From: Chloroflexia bacterium
Lineage (GTDB): Bacteria; Chloroflexota; Chloroflexia; Thermomicrobiales; CADCWN01
Direction: 5' to 3'
Assembly: GCA_039810045.1 (NCBI GenBank)
Contig: JBDHWF010000003.1
Span: 1,834 to 65,833 of the forward strand
Length of the DNA: 64,000 bases
The position numbers and the translations under genes are program-made. Positions 37,699-48,042 of the stretch are shown here, one piece after another. Under the pieces are notes generated by a model, which searched no databases, was not told the DNA's origin, and was given only the letters and a program-made list of their open reading frames with translations. Each line of letters begins with the position of its first letter. The stretch's first letter is position 1.

Positions 37699-38508
37699 AT
37701 GGATGCATTCTTGATTGTGCAGCGTGGCGAGGACATTGGACGAAGGTTTGATCTCGACAACAATCAACTTACTATTGGTCGGGGATCAGATAACGATCTC
37801 GTCTTAAATGATCCAATGGTTTCGCGTTATCATGCCGTCCTCAAACAACAGGGGAATCGTTACTCGCTGATCGACCTTGGTAGCTCCAACCCTGTGGTCA
37901 TCAATGATCAGCCACTGGAGCCAGGGACACCCCAACAACTGACGCACCGGGATGTGGTCTTCATTGGCAAAACGGTCTTCTCATTCCAAAATCGTGCCGC
38001 TGGCATCAGCCACGCCGCATCCGCGCAGCCAGAGAAACACGAAGCAACCCAGGTTATCAGCAATCGCGATCATGACCCGTCGACACCACTGCCAGCGTCG
38101 CGCAGCAGTGCAACGTCCAGCAACACCCCTGCTGCCAGTAGGGCTACGGCACCAATGGGCCAACAGGAGGCCGGAAGCACGAAGCCCGCCGTAGTATCAC
38201 CACCAGAACGCCCAGCCCAGGAAGCAGCAACGCAGATTATTGAACCTGCCGACAAAGGGGCGAAGGAGGAGGATAACGACAAGACACTGATTGGGAGCGG
38301 GGCAACGTCCGCCCCACCGCCGCCAGTCTTCGCCCCGCCTCCACCACCAACGGCAGTGAAGTTCGACGACGAAGAAACGAATGCCTCGATCAAGATGCCG
38401 CCACCGCCACCATTCGGCACACCATCTACCCTCGGGGATAAGCAACCGAATACCGCCGACAATGATGAGGATGGCGACCTGCCAACCCAGATCATTCCCC
38501 GCCGCTAA
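37699..38508 (+). CDS. FHA-domain protein with Pro-rich disordered tail
   Basis: 'IGRGSDNDLVLNDPMVSRYHAVL...GSSNPVVIND' is an FHA domain. The C-terminal 170 aa are low-complexity (PPPP runs). Confidence 0.8.
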   Translation: MDAFLIVQRGEDIGRRFDLDNNQLTIGRGSDNDLVLNDPMVSRYHAVLKQQGNRYSLIDLGSSNPVVINDQPLEPGTPQQLTHRDVVFIGKTVFSFQNRAAGISHAASAQPEKHEATQVISNRDHDPSTPLPASRSSATSSNTPAASRATAPMGQQEAGSTKPAVVSPPERPAQEAATQIIEPADKGAKEEDNDKTLIGSGATSAPPPPVFAPPPPPTAVKFDDEETNASIKMPPPPPFGTPSTLGDKQPNTADNDEDGDLPTQIIPRR

Positions 38509-38523
38509 TCAGGGACTATTCCA

Positions 38524-38547
38524 GCGGGTCCGCAATTGCGGACCCGC
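38524..38547 (+). terminator. Hairpin after the FHA gene
   Basis: A perfect 10-bp GC-rich stem, gcgggtccgc-aatt-gcggacccgc. There is no clear U tract, so it could be an attenuator or processing element rather than a full terminator. Confidence 0.4.
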
Positions 38548-38623
38548 CAGATATTCGCTATTTCATCACCGCAGCGCGTAACTCATTTACTCAGGCGATT
38601 ACGGTTGTTGATGGGGAGTATTA

Positions 38624-41128
38624 TTGAGCATGCAAAACGCCAATCCAGCCTCGCCCTTCCCTGAAGAATCAGCGGCGATCACTGGACCACGCCTCTGTGT
38701 CGTTTCGAATGATCAAAAGGGCCGGATTTATCCCCTGGGGAATCACCTTTCCATTGGGCGCGGGGCCAATAATGATATTGTCACCGCGGATCAACGGGCC
38801 TCCAGACTCCATGCTGAAATTGATCAGATTGGGGCCAATGGTGGCTGGGTCTTGCGCGATCATGGCAGCACCAATGGCACCTATGTCAATGGTCAACCGA
38901 TCAGCCAGGTCGAGCTACGCGATGGCGATCTGATTCAGATTGGCGATTTCGCCGTGGTGGTCGAGTTTACCGCGATCAATCATCACGATGATCAGCACGC
39001 TGGCACGATGATCGGCGTCAGCATTCAGCCGCCACCAGTAGGGGCAATCCCTGATACGCTGGACCTTCGAGCGCAGACAACCGTCACCATTGGTCGTGAT
39101 CCTGGCAATACACTCGCGCTTGATCATCCCCAAATCTCTCGCTACCATGCCCGTTTAGAATTACTGCCCGATGGCAATTTGCGCGTAATTGACCTGAATA
39201 GCACCAATGGTACATTCATCAACGGGCAACAACTGCGTGGCGGCACCGCTATCCCGTCTGGTACGACGATCTCGTTTGGCCCCTTTCATCTGGTGTATCA
39301 GAACGGCCAACTACTCAAGAGTACTGATGAAGGGACAGTGCGGATCGACTGCCTTCACCTCTCGAAAACGGTAGCTGGGGGCAAAGTCCTGCTCAATGAC
39401 CTGACCTTCTCGATCTTACCGCGCGAGTTTGTTTGCCTGGTTGGTGGATCTGGGGCGGGGAAATCGACGCTGCTTGATGCCCTCAGCGGGGTGCGACCGG
39501 CAAATGGCGGCGAAGTGCGCTACAACGGGGCCGAATACTACAGCCGGATGGATGCCTACCGCAGTGCGATTGGCTATGTCCCACAAGACGATATTGTCCC
39601 GACTGAATTGCCCGTTGAAAGTGCGCTCTACTATGCAGCCAAGCTCCGGCTGCCACCCGACACAGCAGAGAGCGAGGTCAAAGCCCGCGTCGAAGAAGTG
39701 ATGGACGACCTGGGGCTCACTGCTCGCCGCGATGTACCAATCAAAAATCTGTCGGGCGGACAACGGAAACGGGTGTCGATTGGGGCCGAACTGATCTCAA
39801 AGCCAACCCTCTTTTTCCTGGACGAGCCAACCAGCGGCCTTGATCCAGGGTTGGAAGGGCGGATGATGCAGCTCCTGCGGAAGCTCGCTGATCAGGGCCG
39901 CACCGTGATTTTGATTACCCATGCCACCCAAAATGTTGACCTTTGCGACAACATCGCTTTCCTGGCACCTGGGGGCTACCTTGCCTACTATGGTCCACCC
40001 AAAGAAGCCCTGACGTATTTTGGGGCGGAGAAATTCGCTGATATCTATACCACGATTGAATCAGAAAGTGCGATGGATATCTGGCATCGTCGCTTTATGA
40101 ATACCCAACAGTTCCAGGATAATGTCGTCGCGCGCCTGACTTCGGCAGGGCTTGGCCTTAATCAAGGGAATGCCCAAAGTGCGCCAGTGGCGCTACCGAC
40201 CAGCACACAGTCGCGCCCGCCCGCCAGTCGGCGCGAATCAGGCTTCCGGCAGTTCAGAATTTTGACCAGTCGCTATTTTGAGACAGTCCGCCGCGACCGC
40301 AGCAACCTGCTGACCTTGTTGTTGGTGCAAGCACCATTGATCGCGTTACTGATCACCATCGCCTTTCGAGGCGATCTCTTTAGTACCGCGCCGTTCATTG
40401 GTGACTGGAGCAAAGGGCGCACACTGGCCTTTCTCCTGGCAATGGTGGCTGTCTGGTTTGGCACCTCCAATGCCGCCCGCGAAATCGTCAAAGAGATGGC
40501 AATGTATGCCCGCGAACGCCGGATCAACTTACGGATCGCTCCGTATATTGCTTCCAAGTTCGTTGTGCTCTTAGGAATCAGTATTTTCCAGAATATCATC
40601 CTTCTGGTGCCTTTCCTCTTTACTGGGGCGGGGCTTGGCCGCCTGCCAATGCTCTATACCTCGCTGGTCTTCGGATCAATCGCGGGGATCGCGATGGGGC
40701 TCCTAATCTCAGCGTTGGCCCCAAACCCCGACCGCGCCAGTATCCTGGTGCCCATGGTTTTGATCCCGCAGATTATCTTTGGTGGCCCCCTGATCAGTAC
40801 TGGTGGGAATATCATTGTTCGCGGGATCGCGCAGTTGATGGTGACAAAGTGGACCTGGCGTTCGCTTGGCTCTACCTTACGGGTTGATGACGTACCGACA
40901 CAACCAGTACATCTGGAGGGGTTTACCGCCGATCAGATTGCCCAACTGACTCAGCAAAATACCAACCCCAATGTGGTCAATCGTGACGGAGAGTTATATT
41001 ACATCGCGCAGGTAGGACGCGATTTCAATCTCATTCCCCCAGTCTACCTGGCAATTCTCGTAATCTTTATCATTATCTTTCTGATCATGGTCGCAGTATT
41101 TCTGAGGCGGAAGGATATCGTGCGCTAA
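38624..41128 (+). CDS. ABC transporter (NBD plus ABC-2 permease) with two N-terminal FHA domains (Rv1747-like)
   Basis: It has two FHA modules ('IGRGANNDIVTADQRASRLHAEI' and 'IGRDPGNTLALDHPQISRYHARL'). Walker A 'GGSGAGKSTLL', signature 'LSGGQRKRVSIG' and Walker B 'LFFLDEPTSGLD' are present. Six TM helices lie in the C-terminal third. Confidence 0.88.
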   Translation: MSMQNANPASPFPEESAAITGPRLCVVSNDQKGRIYPLGNHLSIGRGANNDIVTADQRASRLHAEIDQIGANGGWVLRDHGSTNGTYVNGQPISQVELRDGDLIQIGDFAVVVEFTAINHHDDQHAGTMIGVSIQPPPVGAIPDTLDLRAQTTVTIGRDPGNTLALDHPQISRYHARLELLPDGNLRVIDLNSTNGTFINGQQLRGGTAIPSGTTISFGPFHLVYQNGQLLKSTDEGTVRIDCLHLSKTVAGGKVLLNDLTFSILPREFVCLVGGSGAGKSTLLDALSGVRPANGGEVRYNGAEYYSRMDAYRSAIGYVPQDDIVPTELPVESALYYAAKLRLPPDTAESEVKARVEEVMDDLGLTARRDVPIKNLSGGQRKRVSIGAELISKPTLFFLDEPTSGLDPGLEGRMMQLLRKLADQGRTVILITHATQNVDLCDNIAFLAPGGYLAYYGPPKEALTYFGAEKFADIYTTIESESAMDIWHRRFMNTQQFQDNVVARLTSAGLGLNQGNAQSAPVALPTSTQSRPPASRRESGFRQFRILTSRYFETVRRDRSNLLTLLLVQAPLIALLITIAFRGDLFSTAPFIGDWSKGRTLAFLLAMVAVWFGTSNAAREIVKEMAMYARERRINLRIAPYIASKFVVLLGISIFQNIILLVPFLFTGAGLGRLPMLYTSLVFGSIAGIAMGLLISALAPNPDRASILVPMVLIPQIIFGGPLISTGGNIIVRGIAQLMVTKWTWRSLGSTLRVDDVPTQPVHLEGFTADQIAQLTQQNTNPNVVNRDGELYYIAQVGRDFNLIPPVYLAILVIFIIIFLIMVAVFLRRKDIVR

Positions 41129-41203
41129 CACGCTATACCACAAGCGTATCCCCCAGATACTGCGTGGCACAAGCCCAACCAGGCAGCAGTAGCTTGAGGA
41201 ATC

Positions 41204-43966
41204 ATGAGCATTGGCGAAGCTGGCCGAATCGGCCCATACGAAGTACGAAGCATTTTAGGGCGCGGTGGCTCAGCAATTGTCTATCGTGCTTATGACCCTG
41301 CGCTGAACCGTGAAGTGGCGATTAAAGCCCTGACCCTCAGGCCGAACGAAGAAGAACTCCTGCGAAAACGCTTTCAACGAGAATCGCTGGCGATCGCCCG
41401 TCTGCGCCACCCGAATATCCTCACGATCTACTCTACGGGCGAAGAATATGGCGTACCGTATATCGTCATGGAGTATTACACCGCAGGCTCCCTGACGCGC
41501 CGATTAGGCCAACCACTCGCACTCACTGACGCCGCTAGGGTAGTACAGCATATTGGATCAGCTCTTGATTATGCCCACGACCAGGGCTTGCTGCATCGTG
41601 ATGTGAAACCAGCCAATATCTTCATTGAAGGAGATCGGGCGATTCTGGCTGACTTTGGGATCGTCAAGGCGATCACTGGCGATGTGCAAACCAACCTCAC
41701 CCAAACGGGCCTCACCGTTGGCACTCCCGAATATATTGCCCCAGAACAGGCACTTGGTGAACGGCTTGATGGGCGGGCTGATCTCTACGCCCTGGCAGTC
41801 GTGCTATATGAGATGGTGACTGGCACTCCACCATTCACCGGCAGACCATTTGATGTGTTGAATGCTCACGTCGAAGGCAAAATCCCTGACCCCCGACTCC
41901 ATAACCCCCGGCTCACTGCGGCAGTGAGCCGCGTACTGTTGAAGGCCCTGGGCCGTTACCCCGAAGGGCGCTATCCCACTGGAGCGGCGCTCGCCAAAGC
42001 CCTCGATCAAGCGATCACGCAAGGGGATCTACCAGGGAGTCAGCCATTACCACTGGCCGCTGATCGTGAGGCGCGCACAAGGATTATCGATCTGCCCCCC
42101 GAGCGACTCACCGATACGCACCCAGAGGTCGTCCAGCCACGCTTGCAGGGTGCCGATACACAAAGCCCAGCAGCCATCCGCCCACTGACAGGAAATACTG
42201 ATTCTACCCTACCACCGTTGCCAGACCTGACGCCGGCATCGGGGACACCCACTATAGCGGCTCCAGAAAATCTTTCCGCTACTCCTGGTGCTACTGAATC
42301 TGTTCAGGAGTGGCAGCCGCCAACCGAAATTGCCACGCCAGCCCCAGGGATCGCCACGTCGGCTCCACCCAGCACCAATAATCCAGTGGAGCCAATCAGG
42401 GCCGTGCCATATATCGGCGCAACACCGCCTGCACCGCCCAGGCCCCCCTGGTGGCTTTTTGGGATCATTGGGGTAGTGGTCCTGCTCCTGCTAGGGGGGG
42501 GCGGTTGGTTAGCCCTACGGCAATTCAGCGCAACGACCACGCCAACCGCCACCACGGTGGCGAACGCTGGCACAGCCGTACCTACTAGCCCTGTCGTTGG
42601 TATTGCCGCCACGCCAACGAGCAAAGCTGTAGGCACACCCGCGATCAGCACCCCCGCTGATCCCGCCGCCGCCCAGATCGCCGCTGGGGATCAGGCATTA
42701 CAAGACGGCAAGTTCACCGAGGCAGTTGCCAGTTACCGCGCAGCCCTGGAAACCAACCCCAATAGCGCGGCAGCCAATCGCCAACTTGGGCTAACCCTCT
42801 GGATCTGGAATCACGAAGCAGGGGAAATCGACTATCTTGACCGGGCAACCAAACTCGATCCCAATGATGCTCTGGCCTGGGCCTATCTTTCCTTCTCGGC
42901 GGTCGATACGCATCAGGTAGAACGTGCCTATGCCGCAGCTCAACAGGCGGTACGGGTCAACCCAGAGGCGGCGGAGGGCTTTGCTGCCGTCGCAAATACG
43001 TATTTGCGTTATCCCCCAGATACCAGTGACCCTACCGCCAGCTTACACTCAGCCGAAGAAGCGATTAATCGGGCGCGAGCCCTTGACCCCAAGAACCTCT
43101 GGACCCTCTGGTTCTATTGCCAGTTCTTGCAGGAAAAAGACCAGAACCAAGAAGCCCTTGGCCCCATCGACGAAATGATTGTCCAGCGGCCCAATTGGGC
43201 AACACTCTACTATGCCAAAGGAGGGATCTATCGCAGCCTCGACCAAGATCCCGAAGCTCGCTTGTGGCAGGAGCGTGCATTAGCGCTCGATCCTGAATAC
43301 CCTTACGCGCTCACTGAAATGGGCTGGCTGGAATATGATGCAAAGAATTATCAGCGAGCAATTGAACTGTTCCAACAGGCATTGAACAATACAGACGATA
43401 CCAACAACTATGCCCACGTTGGTTTAGGGTGGACCCTGGCGGCTCTGGGTGATTATGCACACGCCATCCCCCATTGTGAACGGGCCATCCAAATCGATAG
43501 CCGCTCTCCCATCGGCTATGAATGCCTCGGCTCGGCCTATCTGGAAGGGATGAACAACTATGCGTCAGCCAACACCAACTATCGCAAGGTGATCGAACTG
43601 CGACCACAGTGGGAATCGGGCTATATCGGGATCGCCCGCGTGTATAACGCACAGAAAAACTATGCGGAGTCCGAAGCAATCTTGCGCCAGGGCCTACAAA
43701 AAATCACCACCCCACGCTATATTAACTACTGGCTGGGATTAGCACTCTATCGGCAGCAACACTATGACCGCGCCCAACCAGAATTTGAACGAGCAGTACA
43801 GCTAAAACCTGAGAATGCTGTGCTACAATATTGGCTCGGCGCAAACCTGGAACAGTTGGGGCGGTACGCCGAAGCTCGCACAGCCTATGAGCGTGCGCTG
43901 GCCCTCGACCCCAACTATCAGGATCCTAAAGACGCTTTAGAACGGCTCCGTACCCAAGGACATTGA
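41204..43966 (+). CDS. Ser/Thr protein kinase with TM and extracytoplasmic TPR array
   Basis: 'VAIKAL', 'HRDVKPANIF', 'DFGIVK' and 'GTPEYIAPE' are present. The TM is 'WWLFGIIGVVVLLLLGGGGWLAL'. The C-terminal ~430 aa are TPR repeats. Confidence 0.9.
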   Translation: MSIGEAGRIGPYEVRSILGRGGSAIVYRAYDPALNREVAIKALTLRPNEEELLRKRFQRESLAIARLRHPNILTIYSTGEEYGVPYIVMEYYTAGSLTRRLGQPLALTDAARVVQHIGSALDYAHDQGLLHRDVKPANIFIEGDRAILADFGIVKAITGDVQTNLTQTGLTVGTPEYIAPEQALGERLDGRADLYALAVVLYEMVTGTPPFTGRPFDVLNAHVEGKIPDPRLHNPRLTAAVSRVLLKALGRYPEGRYPTGAALAKALDQAITQGDLPGSQPLPLAADREARTRIIDLPPERLTDTHPEVVQPRLQGADTQSPAAIRPLTGNTDSTLPPLPDLTPASGTPTIAAPENLSATPGATESVQEWQPPTEIATPAPGIATSAPPSTNNPVEPIRAVPYIGATPPAPPRPPWWLFGIIGVVVLLLLGGGGWLALRQFSATTTPTATTVANAGTAVPTSPVVGIAATPTSKAVGTPAISTPADPAAAQIAAGDQALQDGKFTEAVASYRAALETNPNSAAANRQLGLTLWIWNHEAGEIDYLDRATKLDPNDALAWAYLSFSAVDTHQVERAYAAAQQAVRVNPEAAEGFAAVANTYLRYPPDTSDPTASLHSAEEAINRARALDPKNLWTLWFYCQFLQEKDQNQEALGPIDEMIVQRPNWATLYYAKGGIYRSLDQDPEARLWQERALALDPEYPYALTEMGWLEYDAKNYQRAIELFQQALNNTDDTNNYAHVGLGWTLAALGDYAHAIPHCERAIQIDSRSPIGYECLGSAYLEGMNNYASANTNYRKVIELRPQWESGYIGIARVYNAQKNYAESEAILRQGLQKITTPRYINYWLGLALYRQQHYDRAQPEFERAVQLKPENAVLQYWLGANLEQLGRYAEARTAYERALALDPNYQDPKDALERLRTQGH

Positions 43967-44108
43967 GCCCAGATGTAACCAATCACAGGGCTGAGGCGTT
44001 ATTGATTCCGGTGATAAAGAACGGGTGGTTGTACGGATTAAGCCTGCTATCTCCAACAAGCTTACCTTATAGAAGGCGAAGCCTACTGCACAATACAAGA
44101 AGGAATGG

Positions 44109-45431
44109 ATGACAACCGCAACACAGCCCGCCAAACCCGGCTTGAGTCGTCGCGCAAAGATCGCGCTATCAACACTCGCAATTCTCCTGATCATTGGCGT
44201 CACTGGCGGACTCTATCTGAACTATCGAGTCAATCGTTTTGTCAATACCACCTTCCGCCCCGATAATACCACCCCGCTCACCCAAAGCGGCACCACTCAG
44301 CCCACCTTGCCGATTGCCCAGGCGACAACCAGCGCAACAGCCCTATCGGGCGTTACCCCTAATCCCTCAGTGCCAGGCGCAGCCGCACCAATAACAACGC
44401 CAACCGCCGCAGTACCACCAACGGCAACCCCAATCCCGTATGGCAATTCGCCGATTATTCGTCGGCTACAAGAGGGGCAGCGCGTCAACGTACTCCTGAT
44501 CGGCTTTGGTGGCCCAGGACACGATGGTGGTTATCTGACTGACACCCTACAGGTGATGAGCTTCGAGCCGAAAACAGGCGCAGTCACCCTGATCAGTGTG
44601 CCACGCGATCTCTGGGTACTGCTGCCGCAATATCAAGGACGAGGCGGCTATTGGGGGCGAATCAATGAGGCCTATGTAATCGGCATGGGCCAGGTTGACC
44701 GCAACGATATGAATGTACCCTATAGCAAACACGACGCTGGCGGCCAAATGGCGATGAAGGCCGTTTCCGAAGTTCTGGGGATTCAACTGGACTATTGGGT
44801 TAGTCTCGACTTTGTGGGTTTTCGGCAATTCGTCGATGCGATCGGTGGCGTCGATGTGAATGTCGAAAAAACCTTTACCGACACCCAATACCCCAATAAC
44901 GACGATGCTAATGAGGATCCCAGCTATCGGACGATTCACTTTGATGCTGGTATGCAGCATATGGATGGCGCAACGGCGATTGCTTTTGTTCGCTCACGCT
45001 ATTCACCACAAGATGGCAGCGACTTTGGTCGAGCACGTCGCCAGCAATTGTTCATGAGTGCTGTCAAAGAGAAGGTCGTATCAGTTGAAGTCATCCCCAA
45101 ACTCTTCGGGATTCTCGATGCGCTCGAAGGGCATATTCGGATGAGTTTTTCCTTCACCGAGGCCAAAGATCTGCTGGGGTGGGGACAGGAACAAGCGGCG
45201 GCGAAGCGCAAATTTGCCGTCAATACTGGCGTGATCGATTCAGATCGCCTGCTCTATGGCGCAACCTCAAGTGGCGGGGCCTCAATCCTGCTGCCCCGTG
45301 CTGGCCAGGGCAACTATCGGGAGATTCAAAGCTGGGTGCGTGATCTCCTGGCAGCAAGTACGGCAACGCCGACCAGCGGTACGCCCACCCTCACGACAAC
45401 ACCAACCGTTCCTGGCACTCCCACGCGCTAA
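44109..45431 (+). CDS. LytR-CpsA-Psr (LCP) family cell-envelope glycopolymer transferase
   Basis: It has an N-terminal TM and a PT-rich linker. 'VNVLLIGFGG...DTLQVMSF...ISVPRDLWV' and 'AFVRSRY...DFGRARRQQ' are typical LCP motifs. Confidence 0.85.
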   Translation: MTTATQPAKPGLSRRAKIALSTLAILLIIGVTGGLYLNYRVNRFVNTTFRPDNTTPLTQSGTTQPTLPIAQATTSATALSGVTPNPSVPGAAAPITTPTAAVPPTATPIPYGNSPIIRRLQEGQRVNVLLIGFGGPGHDGGYLTDTLQVMSFEPKTGAVTLISVPRDLWVLLPQYQGRGGYWGRINEAYVIGMGQVDRNDMNVPYSKHDAGGQMAMKAVSEVLGIQLDYWVSLDFVGFRQFVDAIGGVDVNVEKTFTDTQYPNNDDANEDPSYRTIHFDAGMQHMDGATAIAFVRSRYSPQDGSDFGRARRQQLFMSAVKEKVVSVEVIPKLFGILDALEGHIRMSFSFTEAKDLLGWGQEQAAAKRKFAVNTGVIDSDRLLYGATSSGGASILLPRAGQGNYREIQSWVRDLLAASTATPTSGTPTLTTTPTVPGTPTR

Positions 45432-46264
45432 TGAGTACCCAGGAAACGCCAGCACTGCTGCTTGACGATCACCCCGCACTGGCCCCACTCGCGCTGGCGA
45501 TCGAGCAAGGCTGGGGCACTCTGCCAATCTCCGTGCGCGTAGTAGCCAACCTCAACGCGCACACCGTACAGGAGTATCCTGCGGCCTTGGCATGCCTGCC
45601 CCTGGCGGAATACGCCGACCTCCAAACAACTCATACGATTGTGCCAGACCTTGCGGCTGGGGATCAGCACGATGCAGGAACATTACTGGTTGCTGACCGC
45701 CGCCTGGATGAAGTCGATCAGGTCATCGTTGATCTGGGCGCAACCTCACGAACCAGCGAATTACTCACGCGGGCGACTCTGCTAAAGTTTTATGGCATCA
45801 CGGCGGTTGCCTGGACACGCGACGAACCACTACCAGAGGAAACCCAGCAAGTGATCGCGATTCGTGATGGCGGTGAAGCGCTCTACCTGCGCGATACGGC
45901 TGCCAACCGCATCCTCTCTGACTTAGGGCGGGCGTGGTTCATCTTGAGTGGATTACCCCCAGTTTCGCACCTGTTACTTGCGCCGAATAATGCGCTCACC
46001 GCTCCCTGGCTGACGGAAACGCGGGCGGCAATCCCTGATCTTCTCGCGGTAGTTGCCTCCCGCCGCCGCGAATTAAGGCGCACCCTGGCTGAACGCTATG
46101 GTGTGTCACGAGAGCTTTTACACCAATACTATAGCGGTCAATTTCTCACGCTCACTGGCGACGCCCAGAAAAGTATTCTCGCCCTTTTTCCTGAGGGGGC
46201 GTGGGAGATGAACCTCCCAACCGTATCACGCCTGAATCTTGCACCCTGGGCGAAACGCGCCTGA
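45431..46264 (+). CDS. MqnA/MqnD-family (DUF178, periplasmic-binding-fold) protein, putative
   Basis: It has a TAATG overlap with the LCP gene. 'LPLAEYADLQTTHTIVPDLAAG' and 'DLGRAWFILSGLPPVSHLLLA' resemble the chorismate dehydratase MqnA pattern. The assignment is by eye only. Confidence 0.4.
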   Translation: MSTQETPALLLDDHPALAPLALAIEQGWGTLPISVRVVANLNAHTVQEYPAALACLPLAEYADLQTTHTIVPDLAAGDQHDAGTLLVADRRLDEVDQVIVDLGATSRTSELLTRATLLKFYGITAVAWTRDEPLPEETQQVIAIRDGGEALYLRDTAANRILSDLGRAWFILSGLPPVSHLLLAPNNALTAPWLTETRAAIPDLLAVVASRRRELRRTLAERYGVSRELLHQYYSGQFLTLTGDAQKSILALFPEGAWEMNLPTVSRLNLAPWAKRA

Positions 46265-46268
46265 GCGC

Positions 46269-46835
46269 CTATTCTTCGGCGGCCCCACGCACGCGATAAC
46301 TCTTGGCTAACGCTGCATAGCGGTCTGCGCCCAGATGATGCAAAAGCTGACCATGTTCTTCCTCAGTCTGCCAGAAGCCGTCGAACGCCTGATCATCAAC
46401 CGTCATTGCCAATGGCTGACCGATAAAAAGGTCGTGGTCGCCAAGGCGAATCCGCTCGACCACCCCGCATTCAATATGGGCGAGGCATTCGGCGATCAGC
46501 GGTGGATCAACTTCGGTCGCCAGTTCCAGCGTCAGGCCCGTAATCGCAAACTTATCTTCCTCACGCCCAGAGATCATGCCGCACTGATGCGTGGCGGTGA
46601 TCAGCTCCAGGTGTGGGATATTGAGCACAAATTGCTCGGTCTTCTGGACAAACTCGTGCGTCAGCCGTCCTGGATAAATCGCCACACTCACCAGCGGGGG
46701 ATCAAGCGATACGGGCGCAACCCACGCCGCCGCCATCACATTTGGTTGGCCCCGATATTGTGATGTGAGCAACGACACTGGGCCAGGACTCAACACACGA
46801 TGCATCTGCCGCAAATCAAGAGGTTGCTTCGGCAT
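46269..46835 (-). CDS. Flavin reductase-like FMN-binding domain protein
   Basis: 'VSLLTSQYRGQPNVMAAAWVAPVS' is present and the layout is flavin-reductase-like. The ATG at 46835 has AAGGAG 6 nt upstream. Confidence 0.75.
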   Translation of the reverse strand: MPKQPLDLRQMHRVLSPGPVSLLTSQYRGQPNVMAAAWVAPVSLDPPLVSVAIYPGRLTHEFVQKTEQFVLNIPHLELITATHQCGMISGREEDKFAITGLTLELATEVDPPLIAECLAHIECGVVERIRLGDHDLFIGQPLAMTVDDQAFDGFWQTEEEHGQLLHHLGADRYAALAKSYRVRGAAEE

Positions 46836-46880
46836 GGGTACTCCTTCCCCCCACCTATCACCCAACAGGCATCGCCCAGC

Positions 46881-48029
46881 TTAGCGCGGTGCCTGTCCCA
46901 GCATGGTGCGATAAAGCTGCGCGTACTGGGCTGCAACACCAGCCCAGGTATAGTGGGTAAGGGCGCGTTTACGCCCGGCGCTGGCAAACGCCCGCCGCCG
47001 TGGCTCATCGTCAATGAGCAACTGGAGCGCAGCGGCCAACGCCACTGGATTGTTCTCTGGCACAATCAACCCGCTCTCGCCAATCACCTGTGGAATCTCC
47101 CCAGAGTCTGAGCCAACTACTGGCACCTGCGCCGCCATCGCCTCAATAATCACCCGCCCAAATTGCTCCTTCCAAGTGGATGTGGTCAGTGAAGGCACCG
47201 CCAGCGCATCAAACCCCGCCAGCAATGCTGGCACCTCGCTTGATGGCACCAATGGGACAAACTCTACCCGTTCGGTCAACCCTAATTGTGCTGCCTGACT
47301 GCGCAGATTCGCTTCTTCGACGCCCCCGCCAACGATCTGCACGCGCCAATCGCCATGCAATTGCGCTGCCGCATCGATCAGGATGTGCGCGCCTTTTTCC
47401 CGCACCAATCGCCCCAGAAAGCCAATCGTGAACGGTTGTGGCGATTGCGCTGGCGCAGTGAACTCGCGTGGTTGATAGAGATCTGGATCAATGGCCAGTG
47501 GCACGATCTCTGTGACACCATGATAGCCACGCCGCTGCAAGATTGCCTGGGCATCAGTGTTCCCTACAATCGCCGCCGCCGCATGGCGATGTGTATACCG
47601 TTCAAAGAGGCTGAATGGCGGGGGATAGTTCCGATAGACTGTTGCCCAGGTGACAAACAGGGCGCGGGCGCCCACCCGCTGCGCGTGCCAGAAAGCCTGG
47701 GCCGTAGCCAGATTGAACGGCTCTTCATCGACATGAAAAATATCTGGGCGTATGCGGCGCACAATTGACCCCAGGGTGGGGTAGAAATGCGTGTGATGAT
47801 GCCCGTTGAAGACAATGGGCGCGACAACCAAGGCATAGCCGTTGGTGTGGGCGCGTTCGAGTGGCTGACGCCCAGAACGCGCCTCGTTCCACGATGGCGG
47901 AACAACAACGGTGAGATCGATATCTGGAAGGGCGGCAAGCGCTTCGGCCTTCTTCTGATAAGCACCATTGACCAGGGCCTTATGAAGCATCAGCACTTTC
48001 ACCGAACGACACCCCACCAACGATCGCAA
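46881..48029 (-). CDS. Glycosyltransferase family 4 (GT-B)
   Basis: The C-terminal 'PSLTTSTWKEQFGRVIIEAMAAQVPVVGS' (E-x7-E) is present. The start is uncertain: GTG 48002 ('VKVLMLHKA') or upstream. Confidence 0.8.
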   Translation of the reverse strand: MRSLVGCRSVKVLMLHKALVNGAYQKKAEALAALPDIDLTVVVPPSWNEARSGRQPLERAHTNGYALVVAPIVFNGHHHTHFYPTLGSIVRRIRPDIFHVDEEPFNLATAQAFWHAQRVGARALFVTWATVYRNYPPPFSLFERYTHRHAAAAIVGNTDAQAILQRRGYHGVTEIVPLAIDPDLYQPREFTAPAQSPQPFTIGFLGRLVREKGAHILIDAAAQLHGDWRVQIVGGGVEEANLRSQAAQLGLTERVEFVPLVPSSEVPALLAGFDALAVPSLTTSTWKEQFGRVIIEAMAAQVPVVGSDSGEIPQVIGESGLIVPENNPVALAAALQLLIDDEPRRRAFASAGRKRALTHYTWAGVAAQYAQLYRTMLGQAPR

Positions 48030-48042
48030 CCAGGTCGTTCAC

